Under the pieces are notes generated by a model. The model searched no databases. It saw only the letters and a list, made by a program, of their open reading frames with translations, and had not been told where the DNA came from. 64,000 bases of DNA from Gemmatimonadales bacterium (GTDB lineage Bacteria > Gemmatimonadota > Gemmatimonadetes > Gemmatimonadales > GWC2-71-9), in the NCBI GenBank assembly GCA_051955835.1, contig JBQCGH010000127.1, positions 4,590-68,589 on the forward strand, written 5' to 3'. Each line of letters opens with the position of its first letter. Positions within the stretch are counted from its first letter, which is position 1. Both the position numbers and the translations under genes were made by a program. Below, piece after piece: positions 1 through 11,768 of the stretch.

Positions 1-1385
1 ACGTTGATCTCCGCCGCGATGGCCGATGCGAGGTCCGCCTGGAGCGCCAGCACGTCGCTCGAGCTCCGCTCGAAGCTCCTGGCCCAGAGGTGCTTGTCCG
101 CGCGCGCATCGATCAGCTGGGCGGTGATGCGCACCCGGTCGCCGGAGCGGCTCACCGAGCCTTCCACGATCGCATCGACGTTGAGCGCCTTGCCGATCTG
201 AGGCGTCGAAGGACGGTTGGTCCCCTTGAACTGCATCGCCGAGCCGCGCGACGTCACCCGCAGCCGGCTGATGCTCGCGAGATCGGTGGTCAGCTCGTCG
301 GTCATGCCTTCGGCGAAGAATTCCTGGGCGGAATCCGCCGAATAGTTGTCGAGCGGCAGCACGGCGATCGACCGGATGCGGCCGACGGCGTCGGCGCCGC
401 GCGGGCCGCCGGATCGCGCCATCACGTAGCCGGCCACACTCAGCACCAGGACGAGCCCGGCGGCGAGTCCGAGCCATTTCCCCCGCGACACGGGTTGGGC
501 TCGGCCCGGCAGTGCCGCGCTGCGCGTGGGAGTGGAGGGAGCCGCGGTAGTACTGCTGCCGGACAGCGCCTGGACAAACTGCGCCGCAGGGTTGAAGCGG
601 TCGGCCGGACTCTTCGCGAGCGATCGCGCCAACGCCCCCGCCACTTGAGGAGGCACCGTGGGCCGCAGATTGGTGATCGGCGCCGCCTCGGTGAGCAGGT
701 GCTGGCGGGCGATCACCTCCGCCGTCGGCCCGGTAAACGGGGCCTGCCCGCCCAGCATCTCGTAGAGAACGCAGCCGAGGCTGTAGAGATCGCTGCGGCC
801 GTCGAGATCGGGATCGCCGGCAGCCTGTTCCGGGCTCATGTACAGCGGGGTGCCGATCGCCATCCCGGTTTCGGTCAGCCGGTCGGCGCCGGCGCTACTC
901 AGGGCCCGTGCGATGCCGAAGTCGGCGACCACGGCGTGACCGCCCTCGAGCATGATGTTTTCAGGCTTGATGTCGCGGTGGACCACGCCGCGCTGGTGCG
1001 CGTACCCGAGCGCATCCGCGACTTCGCGGGCGATCGCCAGGGCCTCGTCGATCGGGAGCTGTTTCTCACGGGTCAGCCGATCTCGGAGGGATTCGCCCTC
1101 GACCAGCGGCATCACGTAATAGAGGAAGCCCGACGACTCGCCGGAGTCGTATAACGGAAGAATGTGGGGATGGCGGAGATTGGCCGTCGTGGCGACTTCG
1201 CGGAGAAAGCGTTCGGGGCCCAGCGCATGGGCAAGCTCGGGCTTGAGCACCTTGATCGCGACCTTGCGGCCGTGCCTGAGATCCTGCGCCAGGTAGACGG
1301 TGGCCATGCCACCCTGTCCCAGCTCGCGCTCGATGTGGTACCGATCGGCCAGAGCCGCGCGCAGGCGATCGAGATCGGCCGTCAT
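1..1385 (-). CDS. Hanks-type Ser/Thr protein kinase, 3' end cut by the window edge (kinase domain, TM helix, periplasmic TolB-N/CsgG-like module)
   Basis: Absent from the ORF track because it runs off the left edge. Hand translation from ATG 1385-1383 gives MTADLDRLRAALADRYHIERELGQGGMATVYLAQDLRHGRKVAIKVLKPE...VVHRDIKPENIML...VADFGIA. This is followed by a hydrophobic helix (about 430-480) and IAVLPLDNYSADSAQEFFAEGMTDELTTDL, the same module as in the kinase at 9048-11309. The start overlaps the upstream kinase stop (TGATG). Confidence 0.85.
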   Translation of the reverse strand, partial: MTADLDRLRAALADRYHIERELGQGGMATVYLAQDLRHGRKVAIKVLKPELAHALGPERFLREVATTANLRHPHILPLYDSGESSGFLYYVMPLVEGESLRDRLTREKQLPIDEALAIAREVADALGYAHQRGVVHRDIKPENIMLEGGHAVVADFGIARALSSAGADRLTETGMAIGTPLYMSPEQAAGDPDLDGRSDLYSLGCVLYEMLGGQAPFTGPTAEVIARQHLLTEAAPITNLRPTVPPQVAGALARSLAKSPADRFNPAAQFVQALSGSSTTAAPSTPTRSAALPGRAQPVSRGKWLGLAAGLVLVLSVAGYVMARSGGPRGADAVGRIRSIAVLPLDNYSADSAQEFFAEGMTDELTTDLASISRLRVTSRGSAMQFKGTNRPSTPQIGKALNVDAIVEGSVSRSGDRVRITAQLIDARADKHLWARSFERSSSDVLALQADLASAIAAEIN

Positions 1386-4060
1386 CAGGGCTTCCGGACC
1401 TCCATCACCCACACATCGCTCTGCTCTTCGGACCCGGCGGTGGCCAGCCGGCCCGCCGCCGTGCTCCACCCGCCGCTCGCACGCCCGCCCGTGTTGAACG
1501 TCACCAGCCGCTCCGGCGCGCCGCCGTCAAGGGGAATCCGCCAGAACGCCGTGCTACCGGTAGAATCGATGTTCCGGGTGTAGACGGCACGGCCGTCATC
1601 GCTCCACCGCGCCGCATCGCCCAGGAGCGCCCGAGGTCCGGTGGTGTCCGCAAGCAACCGAGGCGCGCCGGAGTCGTCCGGCATGATCCATAACGGTCCG
1701 CGAGAGAGGGAGCTGCCGAACGCCAGCGTATGACCGTCGGGCGACCAGTTGGCGAAGAACCCCCAGCCGAGGCGCTCGACCGGCCTCTGCCAGACGCCGT
1801 TGACGCGGCGGACCGTATAGACACCGCCGCGACCGGTGAAGAGGGAATAGGCCAGCCGATTCCCGTCGGGCGCCCACGCGGGCATCGCCTCCTGCGCGGG
1901 CGAGGAGGTCACCCGCTGGATCGGGCGCCCGTCGAGCGGCATGACCCAGATATCGCGCGAGCCCCCGCGCCACGAGTGGAATGCGACCTCCGTGTTGTCG
2001 GGTGACGGCGACGGCCAGAAGTCGTCGCTCGAGTCGGTGGTGAGCCGCTCGGGGGCACCGCCGGGCAGCGCCATGCGGTACAGATCCATGTTGCCGCTCA
2101 GGTCGGAATCGTAGTACAGCCAGCGGCCGTCCCTCGACAGTATCGTCGTCTCGATGAACTGGGACCCGTGGGTGAGTTGGGTCGCGCTCACGGAGGAGGC
2201 CGGCGGGTGCGCCGGCACGCCGATGGACCAGGCGTTGCTCTCGAGCGTCAGATCGGCGTACGCGATCCGGCGCCCGTCGGACGAGAGCGAGATGGTGTGG
2301 GCATTGAGGCCCGTCGTGAGCCGCAGGGCGGAACCGCGCGGCGCGCCGGCCGACATCGCCTGGGCGAAGATGTCGCGCGGACCATAGCGGTTGGAGACGT
2401 AGTAGACCCAGCGCCCGTCGGGCGACCACACCGGGCTCAGGTTGGCGGAGAGGCTGTCGGTGAGCTGCACGACGCGGCCATCGCGCACGCGGACGCTCAC
2501 GATGCGGCTGGGGCTCGCATTGCCGAAGAGGAGCCCCGCCGTCACCGCGATCGCGTTGCCCGAGGCGCAGGCGACGTACTCGCCGTCGGGACTCCACCCG
2601 CAGCCGTGCGCCTCATACACGCGCGCGACGCCGCGCGACTCGGCCCCGGCGTCCCGGACGAAGAGCGAGTCTCCGACCACATAGGCGATGCGCTTTCCGT
2701 CCGGCGCCCACGCCGCCGAGATCACCGGGCCGCTTCGACCCGGCGGCACCTCTGGGGTCTCGGCGCCGCCAGTGGCAGGGACGCTCGCGACGCCGCCCCG
2801 CTCGAGGAACAGCACCCGGCTGCCGTCGGGCGACCAGCGCGGATGCGCCTGGACCTGTGTGGTGTCGTCCGTAAGCGCGATGCCGCGACCCCCGGCCACC
2901 GGGCGGACGAAGACGCGCATGTGGGTCGGCGTCCCCATCGCGTAGGCGACGGCCTTGCCGTCGGGAGAGATTGCGGGCAGGACTTCGAGCTGCGGGTCCC
3001 AGGTGACCTTGGTGGCCGCGCCGAAGCTCATCGGGAGCGCGGCGGCGTGGGATCCCTGCGCGCCCAAGACGTACGCGGCCACCGCGAGCGCGGCGGTAGC
3101 CACGGCCCACGGAGCGGTTCGCCGCCACGAGGCGGCCGGCGCCGCGGCGGCACGGGCGCGTGGGCCGGTCCGCCGGCTCGCGCGGCCCCCGCCCAACCCT
3201 TCCGCGAACTCGTGCGCCGTGCCGAACCGATCGGCCGGGAGCTTCTCGAGCGCGGTAAGGACGGTCTCCTCGACCTCCGGCGGAATGGAGCGCCGGCGCG
3301 GGACGAGCGGGCGCGGCTCTTCGGTCAGCACCATGGCCACCACCGCCTGCGCCGTGGGGCCGCTGAACGGCGGCTCGCCGATCAGCATCTCGTACGTGAC
3401 GGCGCCGAGCGAGTAGATGTCGCTTCGGGCGGTGATCTCACGCTCCCCCATCGCCTGCTCGGGCGACATGTAGTGCGGCGTCCCGACAGACATGCCGGTC
3501 TCGGTGAGGCGGGTGCCGCCGGCCTTGCTCGCCGCGAGCGCGATGCCGAAGTCGGCCACCAGCGCGGCGCCGTCCTGCAGGAGGATGTTCTCCGGCTTGA
3601 TGTCGCGGTGGATGACGTCATGACGGTGCGCGTAGTCGAGCGCGCTGGCCACCTCGGTGGCGATGCGGATCGCGTCGGGCACCGGGAGCTGCTTCTCGCG
3701 GACCAGCCGGTCGCGGAGCGACTCACCCTCGACGAACGGCATCGCGTAGTACAGGAAGCCGTCGGCCTCGCCCGAGTCGAACAACGGCAGGATGTGCGGG
3801 TGCTGCAGGTTGGCGGTGGTTCGGATCTCGCTCAGGAACCGCTCGGCGCCGATGACGGCGGCGAGCTCGGGCCGGAGCAGCTTGATGGCGACCCGGCGCT
3901 CGTGCCTGAGATCGTGGGCAAGATAGACGGTGGCCATGCCGCCGGCGCCGAGCTCGCGCTCGATGCGGTAGCGGCCGGCGAGGGCGGCGGCGAGTCTCGA
4001 TCTGTTCTCGGTCATCGGTGGTGGTGGCTCAATATGGGGCTTGTCCACGGACGGGGCCAT
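1385..4060 (-). CDS. Ser/Thr protein kinase with C-terminal TolB-like (PD40/WD40-like) beta-propeller
   Basis: 891-aa ORF. G-loop GAGGMATVYLA, AIKLL, HRDIKPENILL, DFGIA and SPEQ motifs. TM helix APWAVATAALAVAAYVLG. About ten SPDG/APDG repeats (WSPDGSRVLF, WAPDGKRIAY, WSPDGRWVYY...). GAGG 9 nt upstream of ATG 4060; ATG at 4015 is an alternative start. Confidence 0.9.
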   Translation of the reverse strand: MAPSVDKPHIEPPPPMTENRSRLAAALAGRYRIERELGAGGMATVYLAHDLRHERRVAIKLLRPELAAVIGAERFLSEIRTTANLQHPHILPLFDSGEADGFLYYAMPFVEGESLRDRLVREKQLPVPDAIRIATEVASALDYAHRHDVIHRDIKPENILLQDGAALVADFGIALAASKAGGTRLTETGMSVGTPHYMSPEQAMGEREITARSDIYSLGAVTYEMLIGEPPFSGPTAQAVVAMVLTEEPRPLVPRRRSIPPEVEETVLTALEKLPADRFGTAHEFAEGLGGGRASRRTGPRARAAAAPAASWRRTAPWAVATAALAVAAYVLGAQGSHAAALPMSFGAATKVTWDPQLEVLPAISPDGKAVAYAMGTPTHMRVFVRPVAGGRGIALTDDTTQVQAHPRWSPDGSRVLFLERGGVASVPATGGAETPEVPPGRSGPVISAAWAPDGKRIAYVVGDSLFVRDAGAESRGVARVYEAHGCGWSPDGEYVACASGNAIAVTAGLLFGNASPSRIVSVRVRDGRVVQLTDSLSANLSPVWSPDGRWVYYVSNRYGPRDIFAQAMSAGAPRGSALRLTTGLNAHTISLSSDGRRIAYADLTLESNAWSIGVPAHPPASSVSATQLTHGSQFIETTILSRDGRWLYYDSDLSGNMDLYRMALPGGAPERLTTDSSDDFWPSPSPDNTEVAFHSWRGGSRDIWVMPLDGRPIQRVTSSPAQEAMPAWAPDGNRLAYSLFTGRGGVYTVRRVNGVWQRPVERLGWGFFANWSPDGHTLAFGSSLSRGPLWIMPDDSGAPRLLADTTGPRALLGDAARWSDDGRAVYTRNIDSTGSTAFWRIPLDGGAPERLVTFNTGGRASGGWSTAAGRLATAGSEEQSDVWVMEVRKP

Positions 4061-4167
4061 CGCACGTACCTCGAGATCCCTGCGCGAGCGGGCTGAGGGC
4101 CCGCTCGTTCAGGCACCTCGTAACGTCAGGCCGATTTGTCTCGAGATCGATCGCGCCCTGCGCGCGC

Positions 4168-4923
4168 TCACGCGCTTCGGCAGGTGTCGACCAAGTGCTC
4201 CATCGACGCCGTCCGGTCGGCCGGGGCGCGGGCGAGCGCGCGCGCAATCGCCTGGTCGATGACGGCCGGGACGTCCGGATTGAGGCGCCTCGCGGAGGGA
4301 ATCGGCGCGCGGAGGATCCGGGTGATCGTCTCGTTGAGCGAGGGACCGACGTACGGCGGCTCGCCGGTCAGCATCTCGTAGAGCACGCAGCCCAGACTGT
4401 ACACATCCGTCCGAGCGTCCAGGTCGGGTTCTTCGCGGAGCTGCTCGGGGCTCATGTAGTAGACGGTGCCCACGACGACGCCCGTAGAGGTGAGCTTCTG
4501 GGAATCGGCGGCCCCGATGGCGCGCGCCAGGCCGAAGTCCGCCACCGTGGCGCCCTCCGACGTGAGGAGCAGGTTCTCGGGCTTCACGTCGCGGTGCAGC
4601 ACGCCCCGGTGGTGCGCGTAGGCGAGCCCGGCGGCCACGTCGCGCAGAACGGCCAGTGCCTCCCCGAGCGGCAGGCGTCCGTCGCGCTGCAGGCGCAGGT
4701 GGAGCGACTCGCCCTCCACGTACGGCATGACGTAATACAGCACGCCCTCGCCGCTCCCGGTGTCGAGCAGAGGCACGATCCGCGGGTGCGTCATGCCCCG
4801 CACGATCTCGATCTCGCGCCGAAAGCGCGCCGCGCCCAGGGCGGAGGCGAGCTCCGGCGCCATGACCTTCACCGCGACCCGACGTTGCTGCTCCCGATCG
4901 TCGGCGAGATAGACGGTCGCCAT
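4168..4923 (-). CDS. Stand-alone Ser/Thr kinase catalytic domain (no sensor or TM region); the true start is probably upstream of the first ATG
   Basis: VAVKVM, HRDVKPENLLL, DFGLA and SPEQ motifs are intact. The first ATG (4923) falls inside the G-loop (..IARGG-M-ATVYLA). The in-frame upstream sequence TLEEVAGAIGDRYALVREIARGG matches the N-termini of the other kinases here. Confidence 0.8.
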   Translation of the reverse strand: MATVYLADDREQQRRVAVKVMAPELASALGAARFRREIEIVRGMTHPRIVPLLDTGSGEGVLYYVMPYVEGESLHLRLQRDGRLPLGEALAVLRDVAAGLAYAHHRGVLHRDVKPENLLLTSEGATVADFGLARAIGAADSQKLTSTGVVVGTVYYMSPEQLREEPDLDARTDVYSLGCVLYEMLTGEPPYVGPSLNETITRILRAPIPSARRLNPDVPAVIDQAIARALARAPADRTASMEHLVDTCRSA

Positions 4924-4993
4924 GCCGCCGCGGGCGATCTCCCGGACGAGCGCGTAGCGGTCACCGATGGCCCCGGCGACCTCCTCGAGGGTT

Positions 4994-5818
4994 CTAGACG
5001 TACGACTCCCGAAGCATCGCGGCCGCGGCCTCGTCCAGCCGGTCGGCCCAGCGGAGCTGGTCGAACAGCTGGAGCACCTCGGCCTCGGTCAGCCGCTGCT
5101 GCCGCGCGCCAGGGATGTCGTACACCAGCCGTCCGCGGTGCATCACCAGCACGCGGTCGCCGAGCTGCGCGGCCTGGGCCAGCGAGTGGGTGACCATCAG
5201 CGTGGTGAGGCCCGCGTCCTGGACGACATCCTGGGTGAGGCGGATGACCTGCTCGGCGCTGCGTGGGTCGAGCGCGGCGGTGTGCTCGTCGAGCAGCAGC
5301 AGCGAGGGACGCACGAGGGTGGCCATGAGGAGCGTGAGCGCCTGGCGCTGACCACCGGAGAGCTGGCCGATGGGCGTGTCCATCCGCTCCTCCAGACCCA
5401 TGCCCAGCTTAGCCACCGCGTCGCGCAGGGGCCGCCGGCGGGCGGCGGCGAGGGCGCGCCCCAGCCGACGGGGCTCGCCGCGACGGTCCGCGAGGGCCAG
5501 GTTCTCGGCGACGCTCAGGTCGGCGGCGGTGCCGGCGAACGGGTTCTGGAATACCCGGCCCATGTGGCGGGCGCGGCGCTGCTCGGGCCAGTCGGTGACG
5601 TCCACCTCGTCGAGCCACACGCGGCCCCCGATCAGCGGCAGGCTGCCGGCGATGGCCCCGAGCAGGCTCGACTTGCCCGAGCCGTTCGTCCCGAGCACCA
5701 GGGTGAAGCTGCCGCGGTCCAGCTCGAGGTCGACGTTGTCGAGCGCCCGCACCTCGTTCGCCGTGCCCGGATGGAATACCTGAGAGGCGCCGAACAGGCG
5801 GAGCGCCGGCTTAGACAT
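4994..5818 (-). CDS. ABC transporter ATP-binding protein (COG1101-like, uncharacterised ABC system)
   Basis: Walker A GTNGSGKSS, signature LSGGQRQ, Walker B LLLLDE. 8-nt overlap with the permease gene. Confidence 0.9.
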   Translation of the reverse strand: MSKPALRLFGASQVFHPGTANEVRALDNVDLELDRGSFTLVLGTNGSGKSSLLGAIAGSLPLIGGRVWLDEVDVTDWPEQRRARHMGRVFQNPFAGTAADLSVAENLALADRRGEPRRLGRALAAARRRPLRDAVAKLGMGLEERMDTPIGQLSGGQRQALTLLMATLVRPSLLLLDEHTAALDPRSAEQVIRLTQDVVQDAGLTTLMVTHSLAQAAQLGDRVLVMHRGRLVYDIPGARQQRLTEAEVLQLFDQLRWADRLDEAAAAMLRESYV

Positions 5819-6758
5819 GTGATCTCACCGCCCGGGCCGCTGCCCCGCCGACGAGCCGACGCATCAGCCTCGGCAGCACCAGCACCGCGAGGACGAACAG
5901 CGCGCTGAGCAGCTTGAGCGCGTTCGGATTGAGTCCCGCCCGCACCGCTCCGGCCACGAGCAGCCGGAAGAGGAGCGCGCCGACGGCAGCGGCGGCAATC
6001 CAGCGCCACAGCGGACGGCGCCCGATCACCGCCTCCCCGAGCATGAGGCACGCGACCCCCATGACCAGCGCCCCGATGCCCATTTCGATGGTAGCAAACC
6101 CCTGATACTGGGCGTAGAGCGCGCCGCAGAACGCGATCAGCGCGTTGGCGAGCGCCAGCCCGAGCACGAGCATGCGATCGACGTCGATGCCGACCGCCCT
6201 CGCCATCTGGCCATTGGCGCCCGCCGCGCGCAGCGCCAAGCCGAGATCGGTCGCGAGGAACAGGGCGAGCAGAAGCACCAGCATGACGGCGATGAGGATG
6301 ACGGCGCCCAGCGTCGCGATGCTCTCGCCGGCCACGCTGGTGCCGAACAGCGTCAGCTCGTCCGGAAGCCCGAACATGCGCTCCGCGAGGCGATGGGCGA
6401 GTGCGCCGAAGTTGTCGGCCGACGCGATCGAGAGGTTGCCGGTCCCCATGACGAACAGGATCGCCGAGTAGAGCGCGGTGCTCACGAGCACGCCGGCCAG
6501 GAGCGGAGTCACGAGCAGACCGGTGGCCAGCAGGCCGGTGATCGTGCCCGCCACCGCCCCGCCCACGGCCGCGAGCGCGGTGGCCGTCACGGGCGAGGCG
6601 CCGTGGACGAGCAGCGCTGCCGCGACCGCGGCGCCGATGCCGAAGGAGCCGTCCGCGGTCAGGTCGAGCGTGTTGAAAATTCGGTAGCTCAGAAAGACGC
6701 CGATGGCGAGCGGCGCGAGAATCAGCCCGATCGTCGCCGCCCCGATCAGCAGATTCAC
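5811..6758 (-). CDS. ABC transporter permease (COG4120-like)
   Basis: Polytopic hydrophobic protein. I trimmed the track ORF (start 6845) to GTG 6758 (VNLLIGAATIGLILAPLAIGV), because the longer form overlaps the upstream gene by 77 nt and adds an Arg/Pro-rich non-membrane head. Confidence 0.8.
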   Translation of the reverse strand: MNLLIGAATIGLILAPLAIGVFLSYRIFNTLDLTADGSFGIGAAVAAALLVHGASPVTATALAAVGGAVAGTITGLLATGLLVTPLLAGVLVSTALYSAILFVMGTGNLSIASADNFGALAHRLAERMFGLPDELTLFGTSVAGESIATLGAVILIAVMLVLLLALFLATDLGLALRAAGANGQMARAVGIDVDRMLVLGLALANALIAFCGALYAQYQGFATIEMGIGALVMGVACLMLGEAVIGRRPLWRWIAAAAVGALLFRLLVAGAVRAGLNPNALKLLSALFVLAVLVLPRLMRRLVGGAAARAVRSHV

Positions 6759-6768
6759 GCGTCGCGTC

Positions 6769-8025
6769 TCAGGCCAGCCGGCTGATGGGGCCTGCCCAGG
6801 CAACGCCGCGCACCAGCGTGGTCTCCGCGGCGTCGGTGACCCCACGGAAGTCGCACAGCAGATGGAGGACGTCGCGTAGCTGGTGTTCGGTGAAGAGGGT
6901 GCGGGCGAGCGCGCCCAGCTCGACGGTACGCTGCGGGAGGGGCCGGTACGAGAAGACAGCGGCGTGGAAGTGCCCCCACAGCCGGCGGGTGACGGTGAGT
7001 GGGCGAAGATGGGGTGCGAGCGCGGGGTCCGGGGTCCGCGCGACCACGCCCGTGATGATGGCCGTGGCCCGGGGGTAAGTGGGCTCCGGAGAGAACGAGA
7101 GCCAGTCGCGCACGCCCGGCACGTCGAAGCTGACGGGCGCGGTGGTCGGCGAGCGGCTGAGCCTGGTGCCGAGCACGCCCGCCGTCTCGCCGGCCACTAC
7201 CAGTCCCGCAGTGGCGCTGCCGGTGGCCTTGAGCGCGGCGGCCGCCAGGTCTGACAGCGGAACCGCGCCGGCTTCCCGGTACGGACTGAACCGAAGGAGA
7301 TGAGAGAAGCCGCCCTCGCACACGAGGCCAAGGCCCAGCAAGGCCTGGGGCGGGACCGATCCGGCGCCGACCACATAGTCGGCGAGGCGGGCGCCGTCGC
7401 CGGGGAAGTGGGCAACGCACCCGGCCACCGCCGCCAGCTCGCCGAGGCGCCCGTGGCCGATGGCGTACTCGTCGCCGATCGCACCGATCCCCAGGGCGAA
7501 CGTCTCGCCGGTGACCGGGAGGGTGGCGCAGTCCCGCTCGCCCAGCGCGGCCGTGCCCAGGCGGGCGGGATCGCCGATCACACGACAGGAGAGCGAGCCG
7601 TCCGGGTGGGCGGCGGAGACCTCGACCTGCCCGGCAGATCCCATGTCCGGTCGACTGCCCGACGCGAGGTCGAGCGCGGCCTTCCAGGAGGACCGGCGCA
7701 GGCTCTCGTTCAGCGCGGCGGCCTCGCGACCGCCGGCCATCGGCGCCCATCCCGCGATGTCGAACATCCGGTTGACCGCGGCGGGGACGGCCGTGAAGCG
7801 CACTTCTCCACGCAGGAGCGCCAGCTCCCGCTGGCAGCGCGACAGCACGGTGGTGGCCGCCGAGCTGACGTACGTGACGCGCTCGAGGTCGATGTCGAGG
7901 GAGCGCACGCCGTCACGGAGCAGCTCCTCCAGCGCGTGCGCCAACCGTTCTGCCCACTCCCGGTCGAGGCGGCCCTCGAGCGTCAGGCGCGCACTGCCGC
8001 CCCCGCGCTCGGCAGCGATTCTCAC
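6769..8025 (-). CDS. STAS-domain protein (anti-sigma-antagonist/MlaB-like N-terminus) fused to a ~300-aa C-terminal region I cannot assign
   Basis: N-terminal ~100 aa: ARLTLEGRLDREWAERLAHALEELLRDGVRSLDIDLERVTYVSSAATTVLSRCQRELALLRGEVRFTAVPAAVNRMFDIAGW. This is the SpoIIAA/STAS pattern, including the DLxxVxYxSS segment. The GTG start overlaps the SBP stop (GTGA at 8022-8025). Confidence 0.65.
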   Translation of the reverse strand: MRIAAERGGGSARLTLEGRLDREWAERLAHALEELLRDGVRSLDIDLERVTYVSSAATTVLSRCQRELALLRGEVRFTAVPAAVNRMFDIAGWAPMAGGREAAALNESLRRSSWKAALDLASGSRPDMGSAGQVEVSAAHPDGSLSCRVIGDPARLGTAALGERDCATLPVTGETFALGIGAIGDEYAIGHGRLGELAAVAGCVAHFPGDGARLADYVVGAGSVPPQALLGLGLVCEGGFSHLLRFSPYREAGAVPLSDLAAAALKATGSATAGLVVAGETAGVLGTRLSRSPTTAPVSFDVPGVRDWLSFSPEPTYPRATAIITGVVARTPDPALAPHLRPLTVTRRLWGHFHAAVFSYRPLPQRTVELGALARTLFTEHQLRDVLHLLCDFRGVTDAAETTLVRGVAWAGPISRLA

Positions 8026-9041
8026 CGCTTGGCCGGCCCCCCGACGACGGTGTCCGCCTGCTTCACGACGTCCGGCGGCAGTGTTACGCCGGCGTCAACG
8101 GCGCCACTCGGGTTCACGGCCGTCTTGGTCTTGGTCAGGCGAAAGAACGGGATCTTGGCCGGGCTCTCGCCGTGCAGAATGCGGGCGATCATCTTGCCGG
8201 CTTCGACACCACCCTCCTGGAAATCGGGGTAGAAGGCGGCGGTGGCGCCGTGCATCACCTCGAACGGCGAAGGAGAGAAGACCGGGACCTTACAGCCCTT
8301 GGCGGCTTTCATGAGTGCGGGGAAGCCGGCGTGTGCCGCGTTGCCGAACAGCTCGATGGCGTCCACCTTGCCGCAGAGCGACTGGGTGGCCTGGGCGACG
8401 TCGCCCACCGCGTTCACCGGGGCGGGCACGGCCTGGAGCCCTGCCTTCTTGGCTGCCGCGGTGAGCCGATCCTTGAACGTCACGGAGAGCTGCTCCTGCG
8501 GGCTGAACAGCACGCCGATCCGTTTGGCTTTGGGCACGACCCGCTTGATCAGGGCGACGCGCTGGGTCTGCTCGGGGTCGCCGAACCCGGGTGAGTAGAC
8601 GCCGGTGACGTTCGCCAGGTGATCGTTGTCGCTCTTGCCCGCGCCGGCCGCGAACGGGTCGGACAGCAGGTGGAACACGATCGGAATGGTCTTCACCCGC
8701 TTGACCGCGGCCTGGAGCGTCGCGTCCTGCAGCGCGACGATCACCTTGGCCTTGGCGTCGACCGCGTTGTCGATCAGGCCCGGCAGGGCGGAGAGGTCGC
8801 CCTGCGCGCTGGTGACCTTGAGCTCGTAGTCCTGTCCCTTCTCCATGTCGGCCTCGCGAAGGCCGAGGACCACCGCGTCCTCATTCCATTCGCTGCCCAT
8901 CCAGTCGGCCGCGCGGATGAGCTCGATCAAGGGTTTCCCCTGAGCCGCGGCGGGGGCCGGACCGAGCGCGAGCCCACTGGCCAGGGCAAGAGCGGGCACG
9001 AGCAGGGCGGACGAACGCGAGCGAACACGGGTCATGAGCAA
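8022..9041 (-). CDS. ABC transporter substrate-binding protein (ABC_sub_bind / COG2984-like), secreted
   Basis: Signal peptide MLMTRVRSRSSALLVPALALASGLALGPAPAAAQ. Periplasmic-binding-fold-like sequence with GFGDPEQTQRVALIKRVVPKAKRIGVLFSP. Lies 6 nt downstream of the kinase gene at 9048. Confidence 0.75.
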   Translation of the reverse strand: MLMTRVRSRSSALLVPALALASGLALGPAPAAAQGKPLIELIRAADWMGSEWNEDAVVLGLREADMEKGQDYELKVTSAQGDLSALPGLIDNAVDAKAKVIVALQDATLQAAVKRVKTIPIVFHLLSDPFAAGAGKSDNDHLANVTGVYSPGFGDPEQTQRVALIKRVVPKAKRIGVLFSPQEQLSVTFKDRLTAAAKKAGLQAVPAPVNAVGDVAQATQSLCGKVDAIELFGNAAHAGFPALMKAAKGCKVPVFSPSPFEVMHGATAAFYPDFQEGGVEAGKMIARILHGESPAKIPFFRLTKTKTAVNPSGAVDAGVTLPPDVVKQADTVVGGPAKR

Positions 9042-9047
9042 ATCTCC

Positions 9048-11309
<2,262 letters not shown>

Positions 11310-11768
11310 GCCGAACTCACCTCTGCCAAGCGCCGTCGATCAGACCAGCGTTGAAGCATCGTCGATGTCCCGGTCGTGCCACTACTTCTCTCCAGTCAGG
11401 CCAATATAGGGGCCAAAACGCGCGTCGCCAGAGCGCGCGCCACCGAGCGCACGCCCCGCTGCCGTCCCATGACAATTGGGTTACGCGAGTTCCGGCGGCC
11501 GGCGGCACCGCCCCGGCGCAAGCCGTTCCGCGAGGGCGCGTCCGGGGCACTCGGATGGCATCGAGCGGCCTTCCCCAGAGTCTCGGCCACTTCTACTATG
11601 AAACGTGAACGGCCAAGAGTCTGGACACTGGAAAGGCCCGGGCAGGTTCAGGCCCGGTCTCGAGTTCGGGGACGGGTGCGTGGCAGGCGTGGCTCGGCGG
11701 TGGTACCCATCAGCAGTTCTTATCGGCGGAACAACATCCGCGACAATGGACGACATGCGGAGGGGTAT

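Noticed and set aside
90-4096. Plus-strand ORFs 90-1154 (354 aa) and 2168-4096 (642 aa)
   Set aside because: They are antisense to the two kinase genes at 1-1385 and 1385-4060. The sequence is low-complexity and Arg-rich.
4086-4106. 8-bp hairpin GAGCGGGC-TGAGG-GCCCGCTC between the short kinase and the TolB kinase genes
   Set aside because: The stem is short, there is no U-tract, and the downstream gene has an RBS 20 nt away. Evidence is insufficient to call a terminator.
11310-11768. Unusually long (460 bp) divergent intergenic region, examined for tRNA, riboswitch or small ORF
   Set aside because: No cloverleaf-compatible T-loop (GTTCGAAT-like) motif, no recognisable riboswitch core and no ORF with an RBS. 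Only weak hairpins such as CCGGGC-N8-GCCCGG. Left unannotated.
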